DNA from: Bacteroidaceae bacterium | GTDB lineage: Bacteria > Bacteroidota > Bacteroidia > Bacteroidales > Bacteroidaceae | NCBI GenBank assembly: GCA_017559845.1 | Contig: JAFYQQ010000017.1 | Location: forward strand, 20,224-84,223 | DNA length: 64,000 nt | Direction: 5' to 3' | Shown here: positions 10,001 through 19,661 of the stretch, piece by piece | Layout of the letters: the number at the start of each line of letters is the position of its first letter | Numbering within the stretch: the first letter of the stretch is position 1 | Translations under genes and position numbers: made by a program | Notes under the pieces: model-generated | What the model was told of the DNA's origin: nothing | The model's input: the letters and a program-made list of their open reading frames with translations, nothing else | The model's database searches: none

Positions 10001-10114
10001 CACACCGAGCTGAAGAACGGCCGTCACGACAGTGAATGGGCATCAGTAGCGGCAGCCAAGAAGTACATAAAGAGATACGCTATTAGTAAAGAAAAGTTTG
10101 ACAGCCATGAATAA
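7031..10114 (+). CDS. fasciclin (FAS1)-repeat surface lipoprotein, 1027 aa
   Basis: Lipoprotein signal (LLAACGLMYACKDE). Four FAS1-type H1 motifs (TVFVATDEAWDKF, TMFIPSDEALWKYF, FTFFLPSDAALQYYY, YTAFIPNNEAVQEAI) with H2-like NG/hydrophobic motifs (CNGAVYIMSDIY, ACVIHLIPGIL). First gene of the SusC/D locus. Confidence 0.75.
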   Translation: MRMRNRFSKWSRHSSRMVCLLAACGLMYACKDEYLLDDEKPSWLNSSIYESLETKGNFKTYLRLLADKDVNPTNARPLTEVLSRTGSKTVFVATDEAWDKFFKANAALPESNPWHNATSYENLSTAQKKLLIHTSMLNNAIVMENLASSESVNGSSPVRGEYMRRYTDVETTDSITYMAPEMIPYSYNPTDKDFWWRFRAENGGKGLHIVKDSTLSMMLHFTSEHMAKNTVNDDDFAKFMGRERITSDVHIYDALLVDKDGVCENGYVNITEKPLVPLANMAEVIRSNGKTNIFGHMLDRYSAPYYSDAITRACRILYPEKFGDTDSVFTMRYFSDNSFNHRANNTQPDGNPYTGDEGGSVSLKFDPGWNGYYDEVDAEKDMATMFIPSDEALWKYFTEGGGLQLIETYDPNYVPGQTYANEDELYQAIDQIPLSTLQGLINVIMLRSFTGSVPSKMTKLRDDAQEQLFYPEDIEKIDTCLLACNGAVYIMSDIYGPADYTSVTSPAYISKTNLVMKWAIYNGSSGTDYMGLNYYAYLKAMQSEFTFFLPSDAALQYYYDPTSYESNTPRLIQFSYKNQAFPIQTKCYDYNPQTGEIGRPLTGSGASLQQDEITNRLKDILESHTIVHDGTNPIDGEDVYFLTKNGNAVKVERAIGEDGKNHIVAIKGGLQLENERNGMSGDTPGETSCLVTKPFESLKNGQTFIVNAPVTPTYRSVYNILTQDEGWKKTSEEEWNATNPYAEFFKLCETNTTIVTKCGLVDEKKLSTTEQKSALKKYQIFVDMNGLDNNIQFFNNYRYTAFIPNNEAVQEAIANGLPTWEEIEADYNEMEPVVNTLDSLKDIMDNADYIFVEEDSIMRDQLWEKAHADSIKLQAKITYLTNFIRYHFADNSIFADKSVRAESEMVTSSYDKELGLFCKLYVDRPGNDVLRVRDAYSNTMMETVGEKNVLARDIECSLKPVGRPMATSGKKITLDASSACVIHLIPGILNHTELKNGRHDSEWASVAAAKKYIKRYAISKEKFDSHE

Positions 10115-13100
10115 AATAACAAAACTATTACTGCTCTGGGTTGTGGCGCTGATGGCCATCCCAGCAAACGCACAGCAGCGGCGTATTTCCGGTACCGTAG
10201 CGGACGATATTGACGTAATCATCGGTGCCAACGTCGTAGAGTTAGACAAGAACAACCGTATTGTCAGCCAGACGGTTACTGATATGAATGGTAACTTTAC
10301 CATGAATATCAAGGATCCCAACAATACGTTGAAGGTTTCTTATATCGGTTACAAGAACTTTACACAGAAACTGGGAACCAAGAATGTCTTCAAGATCACC
10401 TTGCAGGACAACACCAAGACCATGACCGAGGTTAAGGTAACTGCCAAGCAGAAGGCTCCCACCACCGGTTTGGACATTCCCGCACGCGAGTACGCCGGTG
10501 CTGTGGCCAAGTTCAACATGTCAGATGTGGAAGGTCTTGCCTTCGAGTCTGTTGACCAGGCGCTTCAGGGTCAGATTCCCGGTTTGGACATCGTGCCCAA
10601 CTCTGGTAACCTTGGTTCAGGTACCACCATGCGTCTGCGCGGTACCAGCACCATTAACGGTAACGCACAGCCTCTGATCGTAGTAAACGACCACATCTTC
10701 GAACTTCCCGATGACGCACAGGAAGTGAACTTCGAGACCATGGACAATGAAGAGCAGTTCTCTACATTGTTGAACGTGAACCCCGAAGACATCGAGAGCA
10801 TCACCGTATTGAAGGACGCTGCCACCGCTGCCAAGTGGGGTATCCGTGGTTCTAACGGTGTAATCGAAATCAAGTTGCGCCGCGGTCACCGTGGTCCCAC
10901 CCGCGTGGCCTTCTCTTATCGTTTCAACGGCACATGGCAGCCCGACGGCTACGAGATGTTGAACGGTGACGGCTACACCATGATGTTGAAGGAAGCTTAC
11001 TACAATCCCAAGCAGATTCCTACCTCATTGCCCGAATTGGACTACAATACTGAAATGCCCTACATCTACAACCACTTCAGCCACAATACCGATTGGGTGA
11101 ACGAGGTAACCCGCTTCGGTAAGGAACACAAGTACTATGTAACCCTCTCTGGTGGTGGTGAAAAGGCAACCTTCCGTATCTCTGCAGGTTACGACAAGAG
11201 TTCAGGTTCAGTAATCGGACAAAGTCTGGATCGTTTCAGTACAGCCACTGCTTTGGACTACTGGGTGAGCGACCGTATCAAGTTCAGCTCTAACATCAAC
11301 CTGACATTCACTACCAATAAGAAGAATTTGAAAGACCATGATTCTGACGGTCCTCTGTATCGTGCATACAACGCCATGCCCAACATGAGTGTATGGGAAT
11401 ATGACCGCTATGGTATCAAGACCGGAAACTACTTCAACATGCTTCCTCTTGCCGCCAACTACGGTACCTCTGGTTCAAGCCGTAAGGAGAATGACGGAAC
11501 CATGACCTCTTATGACCTGAACGACATGTTCTTCAACGGCAACCCCGTAGCCCGCGCCATGAAATCATGGAACAAGGAGCGCCAGTACAACCTGACACCC
11601 CAGTTCAGCATCGAATACAAGCTGTTGGGAACCGAGGATGACCAGCACCGTCTGAACTATGTGGGCGACGTACAGTTGAACATCTACAACACCAGCAGCG
11701 ACGAATACTGCCCCGCAGAACTCAAGACCATGGATTGGTATTGGGGCGCAGAGAACAGCACCAACTTGGGTAGCAACCAACGTAACTATGTTAGCAACAG
11801 TGAATACAAATCACTTGAATTCACCACCCGTCACGACTTGCGATACTACTCAGGTTTTGCCAATAAGGATCACAGTTTGAGCGGTTTGCTGCGTTTCGAA
11901 ATGGCGACAGGTAGCAGCAGCAAGCAGAACACCGGTCTATGGAACGTACCCGATGGAATCACCGACCCCACCGTTGTCGCCCTGCTTCGTGCAGCCGGTG
12001 CCAGCAATGGAGAATGGAGAAGTCAGAGCTACTTTGGACAGTTGCACTACTCTTACAAGAGTAAGTACTCTCTGGATGCTACAGCACGTATAGACGGCAG
12101 CACCAACTTCGGTAAGGGTTCCAAGTATGGATTATTCCCTTCAATCGGTGGACGTTGGAACATCAGCGACGAAAACTGGATGCAGTGGAGCAAGAAGGTT
12201 ATCAGCATGCTCGCCTTCCGTCCCACTTGGGGTATCACCGGTAACACTGGAAACAGAGCATTTATGCAGTACAACAAGTACGCTTCTGACGGTTATTACA
12301 ACGGCCACACCGTGGTACGCCCCGAGAACCTCTCTCTGACCCAGATTCGTTGGGAGAAGACCAAGCAGTGGAACCTCGGTTTCAACTTGGGCCTGTTCGA
12401 CGACATTGTAACTGCCGAATTCGAAGTGTATGACAAGAAGACCACCGACCTGTTGATGGACAATCTGCGCATCCCCAGCGCCAACGGTTTCAGTAATCTT
12501 GACCGAGTAAATGGCGGTACCATGCGCAACAAGGGTTGGGAAATGAACGTAAGCACCGCCCGTATCGCCAAGGTTGGCAAGTTCGCCATGAAGCTCCGCG
12601 CCAACATTGCCCAGAACTTCAACGAAGTAGAGGAAATGGATCCCCTGATTCTCGAAGCCCTCAACGGTAGCGAGACTTATCAGCCCGGCAACCTCAACTA
12701 CAACCAACGCGTACAGGTAGGCAATGCCTTGGGTTCAATCTACGGTCTGCGCTACAAGGGCGTTTACCGCTACGACTATGACCACAACGGTTACACCCAG
12801 TCATCTATCGCCGCTTACGGCTATGCCGAGCACGAGAACAGCGGTTACGATGCCAAGGGCAACCCCATCAACACCGCAGCTGCCGCTCTCCGTCGTGGCG
12901 AGAACGCCACCTGTCCCATCGCATTCGATGCAGACGGCAACATGCTGACCGATGCCAAGGGTATTCCATTGCCCATGTACTATTGCTACAACGAGAGCTA
13001 CCGTTACCAGTTCCAGGGTGGTGACGCCATCTACGAAGACGTGAACCACGACGGCCAGATTGACCGCTACGACATGGTTTACCTGGGCAACTCCAACCCC

Positions 13101-13598
13101 AAGTGCAATGGTGGTTTCGGTATCCAGCTCTACTATGACCGTTTCTCTCTGAACACCGGTTTCAACTTCCGTATGGGTAACCAGATTGTAAATACAATGC
13201 GTATGCAGCTTGAAAGCATGCTCAACAACAACAACCAGAGCTTTGCCACCACATGGCGCTGGCGCAAGAACGGTGACATCACCGAGATTCCCCGTGCTTT
13301 GAGCCGCGTTCACGGTTACAACAGCTACAACTCACTGCCCAGCGACCGCTACGTGGAAGACGGAGACTACCTGCGCCTGCAGTACGTTCAGTTGAGCTAC
13401 GACTTTGATGCCAAGAAACTGAAGAAGTACGGTATCAACAACCTGAAGTTGTTCGCGTCTGTAAACAACCTCTGGTGCTGGACCAAGTACACCGGTGTAG
13501 ACCCCGACGTTTCTCCCCAGGGATTTGCTGTTAGTAAAGACGGTGGCCGTACTCCCCGTACCAAATCATTTACCTGCAGTATTAACTTAGGCTTCTAA
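10107..13598 (+). CDS. SusC/RagA-family TonB-dependent outer-membrane transporter
   Basis: ATG 10107 preferred over TTG 10098. Signal peptide, CarboxypepD_reg-like domain (ISGTVADD..GANVVE..TDMNGNFTMNI), plug (ITVLKDAATAAKWGIRGSNGVIEIKLRRG), long barrel ending in SINLGF. Followed immediately by a SusD-like gene. Confidence 0.92.
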   Translation: MNKITKLLLLWVVALMAIPANAQQRRISGTVADDIDVIIGANVVELDKNNRIVSQTVTDMNGNFTMNIKDPNNTLKVSYIGYKNFTQKLGTKNVFKITLQDNTKTMTEVKVTAKQKAPTTGLDIPAREYAGAVAKFNMSDVEGLAFESVDQALQGQIPGLDIVPNSGNLGSGTTMRLRGTSTINGNAQPLIVVNDHIFELPDDAQEVNFETMDNEEQFSTLLNVNPEDIESITVLKDAATAAKWGIRGSNGVIEIKLRRGHRGPTRVAFSYRFNGTWQPDGYEMLNGDGYTMMLKEAYYNPKQIPTSLPELDYNTEMPYIYNHFSHNTDWVNEVTRFGKEHKYYVTLSGGGEKATFRISAGYDKSSGSVIGQSLDRFSTATALDYWVSDRIKFSSNINLTFTTNKKNLKDHDSDGPLYRAYNAMPNMSVWEYDRYGIKTGNYFNMLPLAANYGTSGSSRKENDGTMTSYDLNDMFFNGNPVARAMKSWNKERQYNLTPQFSIEYKLLGTEDDQHRLNYVGDVQLNIYNTSSDEYCPAELKTMDWYWGAENSTNLGSNQRNYVSNSEYKSLEFTTRHDLRYYSGFANKDHSLSGLLRFEMATGSSSKQNTGLWNVPDGITDPTVVALLRAAGASNGEWRSQSYFGQLHYSYKSKYSLDATARIDGSTNFGKGSKYGLFPSIGGRWNISDENWMQWSKKVISMLAFRPTWGITGNTGNRAFMQYNKYASDGYYNGHTVVRPENLSLTQIRWEKTKQWNLGFNLGLFDDIVTAEFEVYDKKTTDLLMDNLRIPSANGFSNLDRVNGGTMRNKGWEMNVSTARIAKVGKFAMKLRANIAQNFNEVEEMDPLILEALNGSETYQPGNLNYNQRVQVGNALGSIYGLRYKGVYRYDYDHNGYTQSSIAAYGYAEHENSGYDAKGNPINTAAAALRRGENATCPIAFDADGNMLTDAKGIPLPMYYCYNESYRYQFQGGDAIYEDVNHDGQIDRYDMVYLGNSNPKCNGGFGIQLYYDRFSLNTGFNFRMGNQIVNTMRMQLESMLNNNNQSFATTWRWRKNGDITEIPRALSRVHGYNSYNSLPSDRYVEDGDYLRLQYVQLSYDFDAKKLKKYGINNLKLFASVNNLWCWTKYTGVDPDVSPQGFAVSKDGGRTPRTKSFTCSINLGF

Positions 13599-13601
13599 AA
13601 A

Positions 13602-15527
13602 ATGATAACAATGAAAAAACTTAAGAATATCTATACCTCTCTCTGCCTGTTAGGTCTTGCAGCTGTGGGCACCACCTCTTGTGAGGACTGGCTGACCATC
13701 TATCCCCAGGACCGCGTGGTAGAAGAAGACTTCTGGGAAGACAAGAACGACCTGGAAGGTGTGCGATATGCTGCCTACAAGCAGATGTGTAGCACCGTAC
13801 AAAAATTCGCAGTCTGGGGCGACCTCCGCTCAGACAGTTGGGAAATGAACCAGAACCGCCACGGTGACCAGGGCACTTGGGATACCTACAACGAGATTAT
13901 GCAGGCACAGCCCGACTCCAGCATGAGCATCTTCGACTGGGGCGGTGTGTACACCACCATCAACTTCTGTAACAAGGTGCTCCAGCATGGCGGGGAAATT
14001 CTGGAAAAAGACAAGCAGTTCACTCAGGGTGAATGGCGCCAGATGAAGGCGGAAATGGTAGGTCTGCGCGCGCTGAACTACTTCTATCTGATCCGTGCCT
14101 TCAAGGACGTGCCCTACAGCACCAAGGTAATAAACAAAGATTCTGAGGTTGAATACTTCGGTCTGACCAACCAGTTGGACGTATTGGACAGCATCATCAT
14201 TGATGTGGAAAGCGTAAAGGGCCAGGCCCGCAACCGCTTTACCTCTAATAACGACACCAAGGGTCTGATCACTAACGCGGCACTCTATGCCATGTTGAGC
14301 GACATGTACTTGTGGCGTGCCTCTCTGCACGAGGGTCGTGGCCTGATGAGTGACACCGTACTGCTCGGCAAAGACTCAGTCATCCACACCGTGGAAGGCG
14401 ACTACAAGAAGTGTATCGAGTATGCAGACGAAGCCATTGCCACCCTGTACCGCAACAACTTGCAGGGCAACACCAGTTTCGGTTCAACCGTACTGGACAA
14501 GATTGACTTTGGTCTGGCCAACTGCGAACTGATCAAGAACGAATTCGACAATGTGGCTGCAGGCAGAATGCCTATACTGTATGCACAAAGAGAAATCTTC
14601 GGTGACGACGTAAGTGGCGGAAAGAACAGCGAAGAAAGTATCTTCGAATTGCAGTTCAGCAGCAGCGATGACCGCAAGAACGATGTGGTGGACCATCTTT
14701 ATGGCTACAGCAACGGCACCCACTTCCAAGTGTGTGAGGCAGCTCTCGGTGCCATCTACGGTGGTAGCATCAACGACGACAACGGCCGATACGACAGCCG
14801 TACCTGGTACAGCGTAAGTAAGAGCATCGTGGGCAACAGAGACCTGGGTCACTACTACTGCTTCAAGCATAGCAGACCTTCGGTTGCAATTAGCACCTCT
14901 GGCGGTGACAAGGAGATCATTGTTGATACCGAGGCAAAGGACTCATACCGCAACTGGATTATCTATCGTCTGACCGACGTGATGCTGATGAAGGCAGAAG
15001 CTTATGCCGCAATGGGTGGCAAGGAGAACAACAAGCTTGCCCAGCAGATTGTAAACGCCATTCACCGCCGTTCTTTCTGTAACCTGAAGGAAGACGTGAA
15101 GATTGAAGAGGACGTAACCACAAGTTCTGCCAACAACCCCAAGAAGGGTGATGCCGTAATGCCCGGTAGCGACTATGTGAAGCTGGTAATGAACGAGCGT
15201 CAGATTGAACTGCTTGCCGAGGGTAAGCGCTGGTTCGACCTGGTACGTTATGCCGAGCGTAACGCCGGTGGTATGGACGGTACTGCAGACGAACGTGAAT
15301 GGACCGAGGACAAGCCCATCGGTAACGGTTATGCCGGTGTAAAGAAGATGGTCGAAGGTTTCATGAAGAACAAGTACACCAACTACACCGTACAGCACAA
15401 CCGTCTGAAGAACCGCTACGGTCTGTACTGCCCCATCTACTACATGGAGGTGAAGGCCGCACGTGGTGCCATTGAACAGAACCCTGTTTGGAACAAGTCT
15501 AAGTACGACACATCCGATTTTGAATAA
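13602..15527 (+). CDS. RagB/SusD-family nutrient-binding lipoprotein
   Basis: Lipoprotein signal (LAAVGTTSCEDW). SusD-like helical motifs (LRALNYFYLIRAFKDVPY; ERQIELLAEGKRWFDLVRY). Starts 3 nt after the SusC stop. Confidence 0.9.
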   Translation: MITMKKLKNIYTSLCLLGLAAVGTTSCEDWLTIYPQDRVVEEDFWEDKNDLEGVRYAAYKQMCSTVQKFAVWGDLRSDSWEMNQNRHGDQGTWDTYNEIMQAQPDSSMSIFDWGGVYTTINFCNKVLQHGGEILEKDKQFTQGEWRQMKAEMVGLRALNYFYLIRAFKDVPYSTKVINKDSEVEYFGLTNQLDVLDSIIIDVESVKGQARNRFTSNNDTKGLITNAALYAMLSDMYLWRASLHEGRGLMSDTVLLGKDSVIHTVEGDYKKCIEYADEAIATLYRNNLQGNTSFGSTVLDKIDFGLANCELIKNEFDNVAAGRMPILYAQREIFGDDVSGGKNSEESIFELQFSSSDDRKNDVVDHLYGYSNGTHFQVCEAALGAIYGGSINDDNGRYDSRTWYSVSKSIVGNRDLGHYYCFKHSRPSVAISTSGGDKEIIVDTEAKDSYRNWIIYRLTDVMLMKAEAYAAMGGKENNKLAQQIVNAIHRRSFCNLKEDVKIEEDVTTSSANNPKKGDAVMPGSDYVKLVMNERQIELLAEGKRWFDLVRYAERNAGGMDGTADEREWTEDKPIGNGYAGVKKMVEGFMKNKYTNYTVQHNRLKNRYGLYCPIYYMEVKAARGAIEQNPVWNKSKYDTSDFE

Positions 15528-15547
15528 ATCCGTGAAAGGAGGTCACC

Positions 15548-17716
15548 ATGAGACTGAATATTCATAAATATATCAAGTTCACTGGCTGTATAGCCGCCCT
15601 TATGGGCATGGCCATGCTGAATGGCTGTAAAGAAGATATCGACACCTCTGCCCGATATGTCTTTACAGAGGAAACCATCGGCAGCTATCTGCAGAAGCAG
15701 CCCGCATACTCAGAGTATGTGGCCCTGCTGAAGCAGGTGAACATCAGTGATTACTCGGGATCAACGGTCATGCAGCTCATGACCGCCCGCGGTAACTACA
15801 CATGTTTTGCGCCAACCAATGAGGCTATACATGCTTACCTTGATTCTCTGGTGGTTCGTGGATTCATAACGGAGCCCAAGTGGGAAGCATTTACCGACAG
15901 TGCAGTGAAGGACTCTATCCGCCAAGTGATTGTGTACAACAGTATCATTGACGGTGGAGACTTCACCTCCACGGGTGAGCGTACCTATTACGAGACCAGC
16001 ACTTTCCCCATCAACAACAACGAGGAATTTGCAAGTCCCACGCTTTCCGATCGTAAAATCTTTGTCTATTATGGAGAGAATCCCGACAGCATCTTCATCA
16101 ACGGCAACATCCTCATCTCGCTGACCAACCGCGACATTCCCGCCATCAATGGTGTGATCCACCAGGTGGAAAGCGTGATTGCGCCCAGCAACGATACGGG
16201 AGGTTACCTGCTGAAGAGCATGATAGACGAAAACAGGAAAGGCTTCCTCGTAACCGCCAAGCTGATTCAAGCCTGCGGTCTGATGGATACGCTGAGTATT
16301 GCCAGAGACGAACGATATGAAACACTCTACAAGAATGGCACACTGAAAGACCTGCGCACCCACCCCTCCGTGGGCAAGCCCGGCTACCTGCCCGAACACC
16401 GTAAGTACGGCTACACTTTGTTTGCCGAAACTGACGAATTCTGGGAAGGTGTTATCGGTAAGCCATACGACCAGATCACCGTTGAAGATATCAAGGAATA
16501 TGTCATTGCACAGGGTGTATATCCCGATGCAAAGCAGGACGACAACTACAAGGATGAGGACAACGTGCTGAACCAGTTCATCACCTATCATCTGATTCCC
16601 TGGCGTCTGCCCGCAGACAAACTGATTCTTCACTACAACGAGAAGGGCTATTCGCTGAGTACCATGAAGCCTACCGTGGCAATGACAGAACTCTACACCA
16701 CCATGGGCAAGCGCCGTCTGCTCAAGATTTTCGAGAGCGCGGAAAGCCAGGGTATCTATCTGAACCGTTTCCCCGTACTGAGAAACGGCCGCAGAGAGAA
16801 CTACCACGAAAGCTCTTGTGACGATGACGATTTCGGATTCCGCATCAATGTGGACAGTGCCAACACCGAGGCCATCAACATGATGATTTATCCCATTTCA
16901 CATGAGAAGATGCCCGGCCGCGTACTGGCATACGATGACGAAACCCGCAACAACCTGCAGAGACAGCGCATGCGCTATGACGTGTCTGCCCTCTTCCCCG
17001 AGTACATGAACAATGATGTGCGCGGACAGACGGTAACCACAGACCGCCACATGTGCGTGGGTTTCCCCATCAACACCAACTACCAGTACATGTCAGACAT
17101 CGAAATGTCAGACGAGACCGAGTTCTACTATCTGCTGGGTCGTGGTAACGGATGGCACAACTATCTGCATGACGAGTTCAACATCGTGGGACGCTATGAC
17201 ATCATCATGCGCCTCCCGCCGGTACCCAAGAGAGGCACCTACGAACTGCGCGTGGCTGTACAATCCCACTCAAATGTACGCGGTATGTGCCAGGTATACT
17301 GGGGTCATGACAAAGACAACCTTGCCGCTCAGGGTATCCCCTTGGACGTACGTATGGGAGGTCAATACCGCTACACCAGCGCCGGAACCTTCAAGAGTAC
17401 CGTGGGTTGGGTTGCCGATGATGAGGAAGACATGGACTACAACGCCGAAGTTGACAAGAAAATGCGCAACAACGGCTTCATGAAAGGTCCCGAACACTAC
17501 ATCGCCGGACTGCCCGGAGGAACCCTCACTTCTCGTGACGACGTGAACACCCTCCGCCGCATCATGGTTCGCGAGACCATGGATCCCGACAAGGTGTACT
17601 ACATCCGATTCAAGAGTGTATTGGACGATGTGAACAAGGAGTTCTATATGGACTACATCGAATTCTGTGCGAAGGAAGTTTATGACAACCCCGAAACACC
17701 GGAAGACATTTGGTAA
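15548..17716 (+). CDS. FAS1-domain lipoprotein with large C-terminal domain, 722 aa
   Basis: Lipoprotein signal (MAMLNGCKED). FAS1 H1 motif YTCFAPTNEAIHAYL and H2 motif INGVIHQVESVIAP. Confidence 0.7.
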   Translation: MRLNIHKYIKFTGCIAALMGMAMLNGCKEDIDTSARYVFTEETIGSYLQKQPAYSEYVALLKQVNISDYSGSTVMQLMTARGNYTCFAPTNEAIHAYLDSLVVRGFITEPKWEAFTDSAVKDSIRQVIVYNSIIDGGDFTSTGERTYYETSTFPINNNEEFASPTLSDRKIFVYYGENPDSIFINGNILISLTNRDIPAINGVIHQVESVIAPSNDTGGYLLKSMIDENRKGFLVTAKLIQACGLMDTLSIARDERYETLYKNGTLKDLRTHPSVGKPGYLPEHRKYGYTLFAETDEFWEGVIGKPYDQITVEDIKEYVIAQGVYPDAKQDDNYKDEDNVLNQFITYHLIPWRLPADKLILHYNEKGYSLSTMKPTVAMTELYTTMGKRRLLKIFESAESQGIYLNRFPVLRNGRRENYHESSCDDDDFGFRINVDSANTEAINMMIYPISHEKMPGRVLAYDDETRNNLQRQRMRYDVSALFPEYMNNDVRGQTVTTDRHMCVGFPINTNYQYMSDIEMSDETEFYYLLGRGNGWHNYLHDEFNIVGRYDIIMRLPPVPKRGTYELRVAVQSHSNVRGMCQVYWGHDKDNLAAQGIPLDVRMGGQYRYTSAGTFKSTVGWVADDEEDMDYNAEVDKKMRNNGFMKGPEHYIAGLPGGTLTSRDDVNTLRRIMVRETMDPDKVYYIRFKSVLDDVNKEFYMDYIEFCAKEVYDNPETPEDIW

Positions 17717-17736
17717 ACAAAAAAACAAAATTAAAT

Positions 17737-19656
17737 ATGGCTAACAAAAAATTATTCAAAACCATCGGTGCAATCGCCACGGGAGCCTTGATACTGGCTA
17801 CACCCTCTTGTACCGATACCTGGGACGAGCATTACAACGACCTGGGTGAAGCGGCAGGCCAGAACCTTTGGGAGCAGATTGAAAGCAAACCCGAACTTTC
17901 TACCTTTGCCGAAATTGCCCGCAAAGCCAAGTATTACAAGGATGACGTTCACCCCGTGGACGGATACACCTTTGCGGACCTGCTCCAAAGCGGCCAGGTG
18001 ATGACCGTTTGGGCACCCGAGAACAGTGCCTTCACCGCAGAAGAAAAAGCTAAGTGGCTGAAAATGGCTGAGGAGGACGGTTACAACCTGATGAAGCAGT
18101 TGCTGACCAACCACATCTCATTGTGGCGTCATCCCATCAGCATCGCCAAGAAGGACACATTGAACATGACCAACGGCAAGGAAATGGTGTTTGACATGAC
18201 CACCTCTCCCGCCACCATGTACGATGTGGAACTGTCAAAGTGGAACATCCCTGCCAGCAACGGTACACTGCACACGCTGAAGGGCATTCTTCCCTTCCAC
18301 TACAACTTCTATGAGTATCTGAAGTTCAGCGGCGAGAACGCCCTGTTCTCACAGTATGTTATAGACAAGGATACCACCTATTTCATTGAAGGCAGCAGTA
18401 TTGAAGGTTTGCCCGATGCAGATGGTAACCCCACTTATGTGGATAGTGTGTACACTACATCTAACCTGATGTTCAGCAGTAGTGCAAACGTTTCTACCAG
18501 CACTTCAGACAAGCGCCACATGAGCCAAAAGGGTTTCAGTGCGTCACTGAACTGGGAAAGCGGAAAGTACATCATGGTCATCCCCACCGATGCCGCTTGG
18601 ACCAATACTTATGAAAAGCTGAAGAAGCATTATGTATATGCGGAATCCTATATCGACCGTGACAAGAGCAGTGCCAAGGAAACCGTGATGCGTCCTTCAG
18701 AGAACCCCGACTCACTGACCGATCTGAGTGTGAAGATGGACATCGCCACACCCATTGTATTTGACCTTGAAAGACAGGGCAAGATTGGTGGTGAAGAAGG
18801 TGCACCCTGGACCATGGATCAGTTCATCGCCAGCAAGGGTGCTGAAGCCGAGTACTTCATGAATACCCGCGGTGACACCCTCCGCAACATCGGCGACTGG
18901 GACAAGACCGAACTCTTCCCCGGCGAACCCCGCGAAATGAGTAACGGCTATGCCTACATCTCTGACACATGGAACCTGCCCAAGGAATATTACTTCCCCG
19001 ATGTGGAAATCAAGCCCTACAGCTACATGTTCACATTCTATAGCGAAACCTTCAAGGGTAGTGTGTCTTCAGAAACCTTCACCAACTCACAGCACCCCGA
19101 CATCGTGGCTAAGTATGGTAAGATCAGCAAGGACCAGTTCTACATCATGAAGCCCGACGGCAGCACCAAACCCGAAGGTAACCTGATTCTGCGTGGCAAC
19201 TATGACCTTTCATACAACCGCAACGCCAAGGTGATGAGCGGAAAGTATGACATCTATATGGTAATGGTTCCCTACTGGTATAAGGAGATTCTTGACAAGG
19301 GCAACGACTCTCTCTATCTGGACAGCGCATACGTAGACTCTGTGGCCAATCTCAGCAAGAACAAGATCAAGCTGCAGGTAATATACGACAACGGCACCAA
19401 GGCCGGTGGCAAGAGCAAGTCCATCAAGATTGACTGGGATGCCCGCAAGGTGGACACCGTACTGGTTATCCCCGATATGGAATTCCCCTATTCTTACCAG
19501 AACCTGGAGCACAGCTATCCCGTCATGAGCATTGTGAGCGACGCCTCCAACACCGACGTGAAGAAAGGCTATATTCGCGAGCTGTGTATTGACCGTGTGA
19601 TTCTGAAGAGCAAGGAAGACGACACAGTTGTTGAAATGGATCCATCTAATAATTGA
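17737..19656 (+). CDS. FAS1-domain lipoprotein, about 639 aa
   Basis: ATG 17737 (MANKKLF...ATPSCTD lipobox) preferred over TTG 17710. Motifs MTVWAPENSAFT / SNGTLHTLKGILP and YIMVIPTDAAWTNTY / SNGYAYISDTWNLP. Confidence 0.7.
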   Translation: MANKKLFKTIGAIATGALILATPSCTDTWDEHYNDLGEAAGQNLWEQIESKPELSTFAEIARKAKYYKDDVHPVDGYTFADLLQSGQVMTVWAPENSAFTAEEKAKWLKMAEEDGYNLMKQLLTNHISLWRHPISIAKKDTLNMTNGKEMVFDMTTSPATMYDVELSKWNIPASNGTLHTLKGILPFHYNFYEYLKFSGENALFSQYVIDKDTTYFIEGSSIEGLPDADGNPTYVDSVYTTSNLMFSSSANVSTSTSDKRHMSQKGFSASLNWESGKYIMVIPTDAAWTNTYEKLKKHYVYAESYIDRDKSSAKETVMRPSENPDSLTDLSVKMDIATPIVFDLERQGKIGGEEGAPWTMDQFIASKGAEAEYFMNTRGDTLRNIGDWDKTELFPGEPREMSNGYAYISDTWNLPKEYYFPDVEIKPYSYMFTFYSETFKGSVSSETFTNSQHPDIVAKYGKISKDQFYIMKPDGSTKPEGNLILRGNYDLSYNRNAKVMSGKYDIYMVMVPYWYKEILDKGNDSLYLDSAYVDSVANLSKNKIKLQVIYDNGTKAGGKSKSIKIDWDARKVDTVLVIPDMEFPYSYQNLEHSYPVMSIVSDASNTDVKKGYIRELCIDRVILKSKEDDTVVEMDPSNN

Positions 19657-19661
19657 ATACA

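Noticed and set aside
15761-16807. 348-aa ORF antisense to the FAS1-domain gene
   Set aside because: It lies fully inside a well-supported plus-strand gene. Its low-complexity Val/Gly/His-rich translation is typical of shadow frames in G+C-rich third-position coding DNA. The same reasoning applies to 7262..7780, 12141..12707, 21741..22322 and similar ORFs.
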